From a virus (Duplodnaviria > Caudoviricetes): 64,000 nucleotides of DNA. The position numbers were made by a program, and so were the translations under genes. The notes beneath the pieces are model-generated. The model saw only the letters and a list, made by a program, of their open reading frames with translations. It made no database searches and was not told the origin of the DNA. Each line of letters begins with the position of its first letter. Position 1 is the first letter of the stretch. Where the stretch lies: IMG/VR virus record IMGVR_UViG_3300032073_000024, positions 327 to 64,326 of that record, one strand, 5' to 3'. This document shows positions 28,401 to 38,650 of the stretch, in pieces.

Positions 28401-31400
28401 CCTATCTTTGTAAAGCTCTAGAAAAGTTTTGGATTCATTACTGTATACGCGAGGCAAGAAAGTCTTCCCTCTTTTTAAAGGAAGCCTAACAATAGGAGCG
28501 CGTCCTTTTTCAGCGTCAATAATATACGTAGGAGATACAGACTTGTCTAAGTCTGCAATGCTTTGATTTAATTTGTAGGCTATGTCGGTTATCTTCCCTT
28601 CAAAATCCAGCAAAGCTATATCTTCCTTAGTAATTTCTTGGCCAGATACAAGCCTGTCACCAATATCTAAATTCCTTCCTCCCTCTTGATGTGATGCTCT
28701 GAGTTCGTTACCTACAGTTGTTTCCCATTCTTTAAACGTATCCTCTCTAGCCACCCCTGTGAAACTTGCATCTAATCCGTGGCTTAAAGCAGCGGCTTTC
28801 ATTTTATTCTTCCAAGCATCTCCGTATTCGTTTGCCCACGCCCCCATTCTTTGGAAGTATAAGTTGTGTCTTCTTACTAATTGCTTTGTAACTTCTACAC
28901 TTCTGCCGGGAATATTATTCAATGTCTGATCTAGCACAGACAGTGAAAGCTTACTTGCAATAGCCCTGACGTTTTGTCTTGGGTGCATGACAAGTTCCGA
29001 CATGTAGATGTTTTCTAGCATGGAATGCCAACCGCTATAGTACTCAAAGTAAGGATTACTTGGGCCATTCTCTGAAAGCCAGTGAGTAATTGCGTCATAA
29101 GCTTCACGCATCTTAGCAAGATGCTCATCTCCAGTGTCATCAGATAGTATTCTAACAGTAATAACTTTAGATTTTTTACCGAAGATTTCCGGCACAGGTA
29201 TTACTAAAGTATTATTCTCTAGTTGAGTCTCTGCTCCGCGCTGGTCTGGCAGGACTGCCTCTATAAATACTGGATCATCATTCTCATCTTTAGTCCTAAA
29301 AACTGGAGTCTCTATTGAATTAGTATCTTTGTTTAATCTAGCTAAGTAATCTTTAATCTCTTTATCATTTAAAAATTTACCAGCAACTTGCCTTGCTTCA
29401 TGTAACACTTGAAGCTCTTTAAATAAGCCATCAAGTTCCTTGTAGCTTTTTTGGAATAACAACCTTTGTCTTTCAGATTTCTTTGAATGGTCTACTACCT
29501 TTCTTGTTGCTTTAGCAATAGCTTCGGCTCGCACTTTAGGGTCTTTATGCTGCAACCCCTTCAATAAATCTTTCGCAAACTTCTGAACACCAGCTCCTTC
29601 AAGTTCCCCGTCCTCTTCAAAGACTAAAGCAAGTGCATTCTCTTGAAGGGATTTTCTAGTAGCCAATAACCCAGCAGCAAGTTGCCAACGCTTGTACCCT
29701 TTTGTTCCTTTAGCTGGTAGCATTGGAGTGTTAGGAGCTATCGCCCTCTTCACTGCATAAGCTTCAAGTATTTGATCCGCTAATGCCGCAACATCACTTG
29801 CTGTAGCATTAGGATTAATCGTTAGCATTTCACTAAACAGATTAGACTTGGCAAGTACTCTTGCTATGGATGCTGCTTTGCCTTTTATATTAGCTGCGTC
29901 TACTTGGTTCTCTCTTAAAGTTTGTTCGTCTCCTGCTATCTCAAGGAGAATCCCTGATGCTCTCAAGTCAAGTCCTTCAGCAGCTAAAGCATTAACAGCA
30001 AACCTAAGTTCAGCAGCTATTTCAGTTTCAACTTCTCTTGATCTCTCTGCTTTATTAAATCTTTCATGGGCATTGTTGAGTAATGACTGAACCTTATCAG
30101 AATTAAGTACTTTAACTTGTTCTTGGTAGTTGGTTTCTATCCAGCGCATCTTTGATTGAAATTTCTTAAACAACTGAAGGCTTACTAGTGCTAATGAATT
30201 AGCAAGCTCCTCCCTGCCTTCCTCCATGAACTTGTCATACTGTTCTTTATACTCTTTAGGGAGTACTGATTCAGCAGATATCTTTCCGATGTCGTCTGAA
30301 AAATTACGCAGCAACATTTTATACCCATCCTTGGATATATCTTTAGGCATGTGTTTCCTGAGAACCTTATCAATAACAGAAACAGAAACAGCAGCTTGCC
30401 CCATAAGAATATCACTTGCCTCTTTGTTTCCAGAAACACTTAACACATTTAATGCTGACTCTAGTTTCTCTGCGCTCTCTAAAGGATTTATGCTTCCTGC
30501 ATTTATTGCACTTCTGGTAAGAAGTCCTCCCGGCTTTGCTGCCCTATTAAAGTCTAACCCTTTACCAGTCTTCAGCATCTTCTCTACTTCACTGAAGAAC
30601 TTGCGCTTCTCTCTTCGTGCAGCTACTGAGTCAACCCGAATTAAACTATTATCTAGTAATCCACTTACAATATCTAGCGCAGTTTCTAGACCTCTCTTAA
30701 AAATTCCTTCAGTGGATTGCTTGACTAAGTTACGGGCATAGAACTCATCAGGGTTAATGACATCATAAAGCAAATCATCAATCTCATTTAATGCATCTTC
30801 TTGCTCTTGTGAAAGTGATGCTGAGATTTTACTTTGCGGATCAGGAGAAAATTCTCTAGCTGTTATTGCTGACTTAACTTGGTTGTTCTCAAATACAGCT
30901 ATATTATTTCTACCAAACTCTTGTATGTTGTACCCATCAAACCCTGCATATTTTATGAACCTTGTGTAAAGTTCTATTGCTCCCCAATAATTTTTTTCAA
31001 TATCAGGAAGGATAGCACTAACTAAATCTGCATCACTTTGAAAACTAAATCTTTTATCTGGGTCTGCTAATTCTAACCCAAGGCCAGCTTCTAGAAGTGC
31101 TTCTTTTTCTATTATCTGTTTTACCTGACCAACAGTTTCTACTCCAAACGCAACACTGAGATTATTAATAGCTTCATTTATCCGTGCTGATTCTTCTGCA
31201 TAGGTATCTAGTTCTACTTGTATTGACTCTGGGCTATAGCCAAAGTCTTCAAGTTCTTGTATGTCTGGTTGCTTTTGATAGTTTAAAACATCCCGAAGTT
31301 TAGCTCCATCACTCCATCCTTTATCTGAATCAATTTCCCCTAGTAAGTATTTAGCCTCTGAAACAGCACGTTTAAGTGCAACTCCAAGTTGCTGTCTGTG

Positions 31401-34400
31401 ATCTGGGTTTGATCCGTCAAATAAATTCTCTACCCTAATAAACGCAGGGTATATATTCATATTTGAAGAAAAGCTTTTGAGTTTAGCTTGGGCATTATCT
31501 CCGCCTAACATTAATGCTCGTTGTAGTACTTGATATGGAGAGTCTTCGTCAGTACTAGGCTCTGGGTTGCCAAGAAGCAACTGACCAAACACAGGATCAG
31601 GAGAAAAGAAATGCCCTATCCTCCTATTGTTATCTATCCTAACAGGCTCACTTAATCCTCCCTGTCTAGCTTCGTACCCTGCTAATTCATTAAACTGTTC
31701 AATGCTTCCATCAAAAGTAGTGGCATGAAAAAATATTAAAGGCTGACCACTTTCTGTAGTAAGGGAAGAATTGCCAAACCAATTTAAAAATTCTGGTGTA
31801 TCAACTTGCGGCTTATCAATAAGGACGAGAGATTTGTCGTAATCTTTGATTGATGTACCACTACCAAATGATCCCCTCTCAAATGCGGCAACCGACCCTG
31901 CTATACTGTCATAGTATAAGGAACGATCATTAGGAATCTCACTAAGAGTAATCCCGTTTTTTGATGCTGCATTAGTTTTTATTCTTGCGTAATCAGCGGA
32001 GCTTAATTCCCCTGCATTCTTCTTAGCTTCAGCTACTACATCCAGTGCTGTTTGCAGTATTACTTTTCTCTTACCTTCAGCTTTCTCTAGAAGCTTTTTA
32101 ATTTTTTCTTCCCGATCCTCAAACGCTTTAAGCTGAAGTTTTTTAGCCTGCTTTCGGTATCTCTCAGGTAAAAGCTTTGCAGTAAAATGAGCTATCTCTT
32201 CAGCAACAACCTCTGGGTTTGCGCTGTTAGCAATTTTTGCAATATTAGTTAAAGCGTTGAATGTCCCATCAAATGAAATCGTTTCATTACCATCTAAGTC
32301 TACGTTGCCTGTGATCTCTAGAGTAAGTAAAGCTAGTGTCTTCTCGTCTAGAACCTCAAGGAACTTATTGAACACTCTCTTCTGATCTTCAGTAAGGCCA
32401 TTGTCACCCCTATTGACTAGCTCTTTAATTTGCTTGGCTCCTTTAGCCTTCGGCATAACAGGGATACTGGATACTAATGGATTACTTCTATGGTTTCTTA
32501 TACTGCCAGCAAGTGCCGTCTTAATTGAAAATAAATTCTGATAAAAAACCTCTGGGTTTGCACTGAACCTCCTTGCAAATTTCATAGCCTTTTCCTGATC
32601 GGCTCTGGTCATTGTCTCTGGATTTACATTCAGGTTATCAAGTTGATTTATTGCAGCTATAGCTCTATTTCTTACTATCTCATTTGAGCTTTGAGTAAGT
32701 TCTTCAAGCTGGTCAGCCTGTTCTTTAATGTATGCGTCAGCTTCCTTGTCTTCAAGTGTTTGTGTGCGTTGCCCTGCTTGATTAGCCGCTACAATATCTT
32801 CTTGTTGTTGAGCTTGTTCTTCTCTGTCTTTTTCTTGCTGGACTTGGGCGGGGTCAACTTCAAAATCTTCTGGAGCAAACTCTTCTAAAGCCTCTTCTCT
32901 TGTTTGCTCGGTTGTTGGCCTAAGCCTACCAGTGCCTAATGCCTGCCTGCCTTCATCAAAAGCAATTACACCTGCTCTATCTGCGTCATACTTTTCTCCA
33001 GCAGCCTGAAGTAATTTAAGAACAGCTACAGTTCTTATTGGTTTTGATGCATTGTTTTTACTTTTTAATGAGGCTGCCTCTTGTATAACTCCTGTTTCAA
33101 TAGTTTCAGATTCACCTATTGCTCTCTTGTATAACTCCACATTAGATAAATTAGATAATGCTTTTAAGAAATGTTTACCTAGCTTAACCGGATCAATTAC
33201 AGTAGCAGCTTTCACTAGTGAGCCATCCGGGTTTGTCACTTTAGCTGTATTAATAACTGCTCTTATCTGAGTTAAAGTAACTTGCCCTTCTTTTACTAGT
33301 GGTTTTAAAATTGATTGAACGCTTTTGTTTTTAATATTCTCCACAACCTTAACGGCAATCTCTTGTTGCGGAGCGGAATCTGATTTTGCTTTTTCTGTAC
33401 GTGATTCAGTAGTTGGCTTTGTAATTTTCCATACGTTACCTTCTTCTTTATTCTGGTCGTTGGAAATAAATTCTTTAGTTGTTATGCGCTTGGGTATCCT
33501 TGCCCCAACTACTCTATCTTTAGAGTCATAAATAGTTTCTATTGCGCTTTGATCTACTATAGTAAACTCTTCATTGAACTTAGGCTTACCAGCTTTTGAT
33601 GTACCCAAGTAATACCCTACCCCCCAGCTTTTTGTGTTCTTATTATATTTAAGTACAGCTTCTTGTGGGTTCTCTTGCTTTAATGTGTACCCTAGCTTTA
33701 TTTCTATTGGGCTGTCTTTTACTTGTTCGTCATTAACCCAGTTAAACTTATTACCAACTTTCTTTTTAACTGTATTTGCTATTACATAATCAGTCTCTGT
33801 TTGTGTGGTAAGCTCTTCTGTAACAGGCTCTTCTTTTACCTGATCTGCAAGTTCAGGTGCGACTACTTCCTCGGCAACAGTGTCTTCTTTTAGTTCTCTC
33901 TCTTTAGATTTCTGTTCATTTTCTAATCTTATGTCTGCTCTACCTCTTGCAACACTTAGATTAAACTCTTGTGCTGTTAGACCTGATGCCTCTAATGCTG
34001 AAGTAGGAACAAGCCTATCTTGAAGTTCATTTAACTCTTCAGCTATATATTGTTCACGCTTTCTATCTAAGTTAGCTTGCTCAAGAATACTGTCACGTTG
34101 TTCTGGTGTTATCCCTTCAGCTTGCTTTGCTTCTCTTTGCTTCTGGTATTCCGCATATGCTTCATCTTTAGCATCTAACTCTTTTTCATTTAAATCTTCA
34201 TCATATACTACTGGTACATCTTCATCTGTTTCTACAGCTTCAGCTTCAGCTAAAACAGTTTCATTATTCTCAATTATTTTTTGGAAAAGTTCTTCCGCTA
34301 CCTCTTCAACTTGTTCTTCTGTAGGCTCTTCCCCTGTTATTTCTTTTAAGTTTTTCCTCGCTAGACCCCTGAAGCCTTCTTTGACTTCCTTTTTATCTTT

Positions 34401-35882
34401 TTTTAATTTCCTGTTACTTCTCCATATCTGAACTTTTGTGTCTGCATATTTCGGGAGGCTACCTATTCCAGTGAAAGTGCCACCCATTAACCCACCTAAA
34501 AGAAAAGACTTAATGCCTTCATCAACTACTTGTTTCCAAGTTTTGTCTGGGTTGTACGTCATGTACTGTATCAAGCTTTGAGCTAATGAATCAGAAAGTT
34601 CTTCCACCCCTTCAAATCCTGATTGCTTGAATGTGCTTTTTAATACATTGCTGACACTGCTCAAGCCTGTTGGAGTTTTTAATAAACTCTCCAATCCTGT
34701 TGCGCCAAAGACTGCAACAAGAGAAGCAGTTGCAGCACCAGATAATGCTGCTGGTAGTAATGCTTCCCCTGCTGAATTACTATAAGCAATATCTAGTATC
34801 TGATCTTCAGATAAATCAGGATTTACCTCTGTTAATGAATCAACTTTTTCTGAAGCATAAGTGTCAAGCGCATCTGAATATGTCCCAGCACCAGACCGTG
34901 TCCCATGAATTCCTGCCATTAAGCCTAAGCCGATTTTTCTTCTTAGGTTTTGACTGGCACGGTTAGCCAATCTAGTAACCGCTTTCTCACTTACTTCTCT
35001 TCCTAGTCTTGAGGCTCCATACTTTACAGCTTGTTTACCAATCTGACCAACTGCTAATCCAGTCCCCATAGTTCCAAGCATGATTGGAATTTCTTGAGCA
35101 ATGGTTGTTCCTATTTCACCTCCAAGCCTAGCGGCTTCTGGGTCTGGAAAGTCTTCATAGCGGTCAGTAATTTTTTCTTTTACTATTCTCTCCGCTTCCT
35201 TTCTTTCTTTTACTGATTCAAGAAACTCATCTTCTAGTAAAGGTATAGCCTCATCTAGAGGGACTCCTGATGGAATATTTGGGTTGAAATAAGAAAAGGG
35301 AGGTAGGGAAGAGGTTGGTAAGTTTATTGTTTCGTCCAGTAACATCCATTCTGGTAAGTTTTGGTCAGCCCATTCAACGGCTGCAAGGCCAAGACCCTTA
35401 CCCCCTTGAACTACATTAGCTTTTATCTTATTGAAGGTAGCTCCTAAGCCCTCAAGCTTAGACTCGCCCTCTTCATCTACTCCACTACTAAAATCAAAAG
35501 GAAGTTTTCTATAAAGACTTTCAGTTAAAGGCTCTTTCTCTTTCAGCCAAACACCTCTTTCCCCTAGCTCATTAACCTCACTAAAGTCTTCTCCTGTTTC
35601 TGGATCAATGAAAGAACTTGGATCTGTGTTCCAAGTATTAACTAAATCTCTACCTTCCCAGAAAAAATCAGTCCCTGCTCCCCCGTATCCAGCAACATCT
35701 CCATGCGCTCCTCCTAAGAAAGAGCTTAACCCAAAATAACCATCATCTTGAGAGTCTTCTCCTTGCCGTATGTTATACATATCAACAAGAAGGTCTCGTC
35801 GTTTATCTTTGTCGGGATTTAATGGGTCGTTTTCTTCATAAAGACTGTCCCAGTAATCATCATCTAATCCAAAATAACCCAT
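25455..35882 (-). CDS. Giant internal virion/ejection (polyvalent) protein with ART-like and degenerate metallopeptidase-like domains
   Basis: 3475 aa, last gene of the structural operon. Contains a Gly/Ala membrane-like region, EEIAH, and FLNWFGNS...FFHAT...FFSPDP...GFDG...VFENNQVKSA. Confidence 0.8.
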   Translation of the reverse strand: MGYFGLDDDYWDSLYEENDPLNPDKDKRRDLLVDMYNIRQGEDSQDDGYFGLSSFLGGAHGDVAGYGGAGTDFFWEGRDLVNTWNTDPSSFIDPETGEDFSEVNELGERGVWLKEKEPLTESLYRKLPFDFSSGVDEEGESKLEGLGATFNKIKANVVQGGKGLGLAAVEWADQNLPEWMLLDETINLPTSSLPPFSYFNPNIPSGVPLDEAIPLLEDEFLESVKERKEAERIVKEKITDRYEDFPDPEAARLGGEIGTTIAQEIPIMLGTMGTGLAVGQIGKQAVKYGASRLGREVSEKAVTRLANRASQNLRRKIGLGLMAGIHGTRSGAGTYSDALDTYASEKVDSLTEVNPDLSEDQILDIAYSNSAGEALLPAALSGAATASLVAVFGATGLESLLKTPTGLSSVSNVLKSTFKQSGFEGVEELSDSLAQSLIQYMTYNPDKTWKQVVDEGIKSFLLGGLMGGTFTGIGSLPKYADTKVQIWRSNRKLKKDKKEVKEGFRGLARKNLKEITGEEPTEEQVEEVAEELFQKIIENNETVLAEAEAVETDEDVPVVYDEDLNEKELDAKDEAYAEYQKQREAKQAEGITPEQRDSILEQANLDRKREQYIAEELNELQDRLVPTSALEASGLTAQEFNLSVARGRADIRLENEQKSKERELKEDTVAEEVVAPELADQVKEEPVTEELTTQTETDYVIANTVKKKVGNKFNWVNDEQVKDSPIEIKLGYTLKQENPQEAVLKYNKNTKSWGVGYYLGTSKAGKPKFNEEFTIVDQSAIETIYDSKDRVVGARIPKRITTKEFISNDQNKEEGNVWKITKPTTESRTEKAKSDSAPQQEIAVKVVENIKNKSVQSILKPLVKEGQVTLTQIRAVINTAKVTNPDGSLVKAATVIDPVKLGKHFLKALSNLSNVELYKRAIGESETIETGVIQEAASLKSKNNASKPIRTVAVLKLLQAAGEKYDADRAGVIAFDEGRQALGTGRLRPTTEQTREEALEEFAPEDFEVDPAQVQQEKDREEQAQQQEDIVAANQAGQRTQTLEDKEADAYIKEQADQLEELTQSSNEIVRNRAIAAINQLDNLNVNPETMTRADQEKAMKFARRFSANPEVFYQNLFSIKTALAGSIRNHRSNPLVSSIPVMPKAKGAKQIKELVNRGDNGLTEDQKRVFNKFLEVLDEKTLALLTLEITGNVDLDGNETISFDGTFNALTNIAKIANSANPEVVAEEIAHFTAKLLPERYRKQAKKLQLKAFEDREEKIKKLLEKAEGKRKVILQTALDVVAEAKKNAGELSSADYARIKTNAASKNGITLSEIPNDRSLYYDSIAGSVAAFERGSFGSGTSIKDYDKSLVLIDKPQVDTPEFLNWFGNSSLTTESGQPLIFFHATTFDGSIEQFNELAGYEARQGGLSEPVRIDNNRRIGHFFSPDPVFGQLLLGNPEPSTDEDSPYQVLQRALMLGGDNAQAKLKSFSSNMNIYPAFIRVENLFDGSNPDHRQQLGVALKRAVSEAKYLLGEIDSDKGWSDGAKLRDVLNYQKQPDIQELEDFGYSPESIQVELDTYAEESARINEAINNLSVAFGVETVGQVKQIIEKEALLEAGLGLELADPDKRFSFQSDADLVSAILPDIEKNYWGAIELYTRFIKYAGFDGYNIQEFGRNNIAVFENNQVKSAITAREFSPDPQSKISASLSQEQEDALNEIDDLLYDVINPDEFYARNLVKQSTEGIFKRGLETALDIVSGLLDNSLIRVDSVAARREKRKFFSEVEKMLKTGKGLDFNRAAKPGGLLTRSAINAGSINPLESAEKLESALNVLSVSGNKEASDILMGQAAVSVSVIDKVLRKHMPKDISKDGYKMLLRNFSDDIGKISAESVLPKEYKEQYDKFMEEGREELANSLALVSLQLFKKFQSKMRWIETNYQEQVKVLNSDKVQSLLNNAHERFNKAERSREVETEIAAELRFAVNALAAEGLDLRASGILLEIAGDEQTLRENQVDAANIKGKAASIARVLAKSNLFSEMLTINPNATASDVAALADQILEAYAVKRAIAPNTPMLPAKGTKGYKRWQLAAGLLATRKSLQENALALVFEEDGELEGAGVQKFAKDLLKGLQHKDPKVRAEAIAKATRKVVDHSKKSERQRLLFQKSYKELDGLFKELQVLHEARQVAGKFLNDKEIKDYLARLNKDTNSIETPVFRTKDENDDPVFIEAVLPDQRGAETQLENNTLVIPVPEIFGKKSKVITVRILSDDTGDEHLAKMREAYDAITHWLSENGPSNPYFEYYSGWHSMLENIYMSELVMHPRQNVRAIASKLSLSVLDQTLNNIPGRSVEVTKQLVRRHNLYFQRMGAWANEYGDAWKNKMKAAALSHGLDASFTGVAREDTFKEWETTVGNELRASHQEGGRNLDIGDRLVSGQEITKEDIALLDFEGKITDIAYKLNQSIADLDKSVSPTYIIDAEKGRAPIVRLPLKRGKTFLPRVYSNESKTFLELYKDRVNLNEGAELGAIDFDAIFAGHPEALLSFIIDRNPEFITQPSELEQYYAIAAASIADGSLEKVSVESVLDLLSKRSSKDIPSIKKLILSEYKDILNTLVGERLPSETQKQTTKYIDLKAEGPFVKARKKANAPYYFYQYGFKDQSDLKRFALMGSAKPLENVIISIKAIQRDLDAMDLSVKKRRQQLINEGYVRGSHKLEKQLKKEFKLNASEGANFIGTMDEINFWRRKLLEVSEQYSEAYSTKSAGSKLEINNAWYKRMQSSVVGSTLMAINTVVKNSTDASVIGGFNLAAAQGQSGFSAFLKGLLMRWPISIGKLGASTLASAVKFTVGVDTQLTKSVKGKRIFKPKFSWDKPDLIFKSFPAILDGFIKARGVHRVIAPIGGFLAPAVEEVFQHMPMRIHEHRMLAERGLDMPITPIETNEAFLGDLVSGGSGINSYKTENEVIQAAVRSLNAGMGLAESGLSLIGRPIFPRIGDISGNIQLWNLGVQHVNDLQRQLDKVYDSREYYEDDLNEDISEEELLGRYLYIFRANKASFNNTLNMLAKGGVTNFQKEAKAYLQARARGEEDAQFLTDFQRNNVAEGWVTQSNSATPSNRPAWARLTQTANALMALLGWGTNAIQNFGNVMLGRSRKRDLKDSSVQSVAGIIWLLGFMASAYGAGTLAITILNWIYGLMGTDNKKSLPTDKKEAKDFIRSAIGLGTSSVPMAGAWIEAVVGGDPSRGMMHPGSLLYSKASVLTKYLAETAVTKDPTYGMRSLAKGMVPLAMNIVDSLTDYGKGWKKFGNVMNAINRYYDPDDIKVFRGQTLAASISNIKPISEHVRAFQSAIGRGDLARAEELRVLMMNELLADAAKNEEVLGRVDAQRKLNQHLRAKTPLHYKLEAGTIPTRSEFVEDFQRKNFVTFMIDGWNKDESKWSGEFKEIMDTLDRFNDFYIESGISPNGIWDKGEEPFTRRTLLPDKKMSPNRKVRVKGLSPAPDI

Positions 35883-35904
35883 ATTATATTATGTTAAATT
35901 TTAA

Positions 35905-37647
35905 CTATTGCTTATAACTACTTCTATTAACAATATTAGTCGCTTGAGTTAGTAAGTATCTCAACTGACTAGGGTTTGATGCAGCCATTTTAGTTATTTC
36001 AACAAATGCTTGATCGCTAGTTATGCCGGGGTTTTCTTGCATAAAAAGCTCAATGGCTTTGGCTGAAACTTCAGCTTGATAGTCTTCTTCAGTTAATGGA
36101 TTTCTATTAGAAATCCTGCTTTCTATTTCTAATCTTTTAGCTTCAAGATTTGGATCATCTATCACTTGTTCACCGTCTGACTGATTGGCTACATTTTTAG
36201 GGGTTCCCTCATAAGACGCATCAGGATCAGTGTTATTAGGAAAAGGGATACCTTTAGCCTCAAAGAAGAAGTCAGAATCAAACGGATTCCATTCTGGTCT
36301 TTGGATAGCAGATTCATTTCGTCGGGTTGGGTTCTCATTAAAGAATCTTTCAGCACCAGTTGAGTATGGATTAGCTTTTACGTATTCAAGTGTTTGTTGC
36401 GTGTCTGCAAAATCTCTTCGCGCTTGTGCTTCATTTTGTTCAGGACTTCTTCTTGCTCTGAAAGCTGCGTCCCTTTTAATCTGTTCTGCTAATCTTTCTT
36501 CTTTTGCTTCTTTTGCTTCTTTTCTAGCTTCGGACTGAAGCATCCTTGCTGCTTGTATCTGTTCCGGTGTTGCTTGGTTACTAGCATCTACAAATTCCTC
36601 AGACGAATCTTCATCACTTGAGTCTGAAAACAAAGTATCACCCCATCTTGGTTTATTTTTCTCACTGAATAAATTTTGAATACTCCCAACTTTTAAATTG
36701 TAAATACCAGCATTTTCATTGATCTCAGGACTTTCAGCAACAATAACATCGTTATCCACCAACTCATCCCGAAGCTTTAATGCAGTTTGCATTATAGTCT
36801 TTTGCTTTGCTGAATTCGCTGTGTTATTATTTATATCTATTTGGTGTAGCTTTAACCTTCTTATACCTTCTATAGCTTTTGCGTTGTTTGTATCTGCAAA
36901 TTTATCGTGGAACTTAGCTAAACCTTTTAAAGCGTTTGCGTCCACTTTATTAAGGTCTTCTTCTTTTAATCCGAAATTCTTCCAAGTTTCTTGGTCTCCG
37001 AATTGAACAGCTTTACTTACTCTTGATAGCGTTGTCCCACTTCTTGAAAATTCGCGAGCTTCTTGAGATTCTTTACGTTTTCTTGCGGCATCTTGCATAG
37101 CTAAAGCAAAAGCATTTCTTTCATTAGCTGACCCTTTGTACTGTGAAAGATAACGACTAGAATTAAACGGGTCTAAGACTCCAGCTTTATAAACTGAAGC
37201 GTTACTTGCATCTGCCAACCGCCTGTCTTCTGCTCTTTTTTCTTTAGCAAGGCTAGATTGTAATGCTCTTTCTCTTGCCACCACAAGCTGTTGATTTTTT
37301 TGCCGCTGCCTTTGCTCTGCCATTAAAGATAAAGCCAGCTTTTGGTTTTGTGCTTGTTGTTTCTTAGCTTCTTGAGCCTGAATTAAAGCCATCTTTCTCT
37401 CTGTGTCTGGGTCTGCTCCCGTCCCAGCCATTGCATTAGCAAAGCTTGAGTACTGCATATCTGGGTTAGCATTCTCAAACCATATTGTTTCATTAGAAAC
37501 ATCTGGGGAATAAAAATCAGGATCAAGCATTTGCTGTCCCATTCCAACTGGATCAACGTCTCTGCCTGTCCCTATGCCTCCACCGTAGTTTTGCATGTAA
37601 GGTAAAGCGTTCCTTGTTTTTCTGGCTATGTCGTAAAATGTAGGCAT
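35905..37647 (-). CDS. Internal virion (ejection) protein
   Basis: Helical Q/A/E-rich 580-aa ORF preceding the giant protein. Confidence 0.6.
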   Translation of the reverse strand: MPTFYDIARKTRNALPYMQNYGGGIGTGRDVDPVGMGQQMLDPDFYSPDVSNETIWFENANPDMQYSSFANAMAGTGADPDTERKMALIQAQEAKKQQAQNQKLALSLMAEQRQRQKNQQLVVARERALQSSLAKEKRAEDRRLADASNASVYKAGVLDPFNSSRYLSQYKGSANERNAFALAMQDAARKRKESQEAREFSRSGTTLSRVSKAVQFGDQETWKNFGLKEEDLNKVDANALKGLAKFHDKFADTNNAKAIEGIRRLKLHQIDINNNTANSAKQKTIMQTALKLRDELVDNDVIVAESPEINENAGIYNLKVGSIQNLFSEKNKPRWGDTLFSDSSDEDSSEEFVDASNQATPEQIQAARMLQSEARKEAKEAKEERLAEQIKRDAAFRARRSPEQNEAQARRDFADTQQTLEYVKANPYSTGAERFFNENPTRRNESAIQRPEWNPFDSDFFFEAKGIPFPNNTDPDASYEGTPKNVANQSDGEQVIDDPNLEAKRLEIESRISNRNPLTEEDYQAEVSAKAIELFMQENPGITSDQAFVEITKMAASNPSQLRYLLTQATNIVNRSSYKQ

Positions 37648-37671
37648 GATTAATACTGTGACAGTATAAGT

Positions 37672-38643
37672 TTAAACTCTTTCTAAAACTCTTGGGTAAT
37701 TATTGTAAAGTGGTGCTGAATACTGGTATCCATACAACCCATTAAGAGGGTTGACTCCGTACCCCATGAATGGTTGCTTAGGGAACCTTGCATATGGCTC
37801 TACTTGATTCATGTCGTAATTAACAAAGCTATTGTCTTGAGGGATTGGGGCCATGCCTTGAGCTTCAAGTGCTGCTTGGTACTCACGCGCTTGAGTGTAC
37901 TCTGGGGTTTCAGCTAGGTGGTAAATTTGGTTTGCCCTGTCAATTTGCCCAAGCTGACCTAGCCTATTAAGCTGTTGGTTCTGTAGTTGGTTCCTTGCTT
38001 GAAGCGGCATTAGCTCCCTAGACGCTAGAGAATCCATAATGTTCTGGCGGCGACCAATGTTAGACATCTGAAGTCTATTTAAATAATCATAGTCAGCCCT
38101 GCTTTGGTCTGCTAATTGATTAGCAATCCCTGTTTCAATTTGCTGGCTACGGTCTGCTGCCATCCGATCCAATCTAGATCCCGCGCCTCCACGGCTCCTG
38201 AATCCTGCAAGCTTTAAATCTTTTCTTAGGTTCTGCCTAGCTAAATCCCCTGCTTGACGTAAAGCGTCAGCCCTATTTGTCCTTAGAGAATCCAGCTTAC
38301 TTTCCATACCACCGCCATATATGTTAGATAAATAGCCAGCTTCCTGATCAGCGTATTGCTTTACACCTCCTTGGTTTAATGAGCTTTCATATCGGTCTAA
38401 AGCAGTGTTCTCTTTGTTCTGTTGAGCTTCTGTGCCTCCGATTATATCCTTAATCATATTCGCAAGGTCTTGGCTTCTTGGTGTAGCTACAGTTTCATAT
38501 GGGGTCTTAGGCTGTTCTTGTTGCCCGAAAGGCATGGCAAGGGGCATACCCATCATCCCTTGTCTCTTGGGTTTATTTTCGTCAGTCTGAAGCCTATTAA
38601 GATAATTAACAGCCATGCGGTGAATAATACCACATAGCAGCAT
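37672..38643 (-). CDS. Internal virion (pilot/ejection) protein
   Basis: Q/N/A-rich helical ORF; probable start at ATG 38616. Confidence 0.6.
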   Translation of the reverse strand: MLLCGIIHRMAVNYLNRLQTDENKPKRQGMMGMPLAMPFGQQEQPKTPYETVATPRSQDLANMIKDIIGGTEAQQNKENTALDRYESSLNQGGVKQYADQEAGYLSNIYGGGMESKLDSLRTNRADALRQAGDLARQNLRKDLKLAGFRSRGGAGSRLDRMAADRSQQIETGIANQLADQSRADYDYLNRLQMSNIGRRQNIMDSLASRELMPLQARNQLQNQQLNRLGQLGQIDRANQIYHLAETPEYTQAREYQAALEAQGMAPIPQDNSFVNYDMNQVEPYARFPKQPFMGYGVNPLNGLYGYQYSAPLYNNYPRVLERV

Positions 38644-38650
38644 TTTCTGG

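Noticed and set aside
25455-35882. Giant protein as an N4- or crAss-like virion RNA polymerase
   Set aside because: The size is similar, but I found no DxDGD/DFDID or T7-type polymerase motifs (the closest is DLDGN). This cannot be fully excluded without structure prediction.
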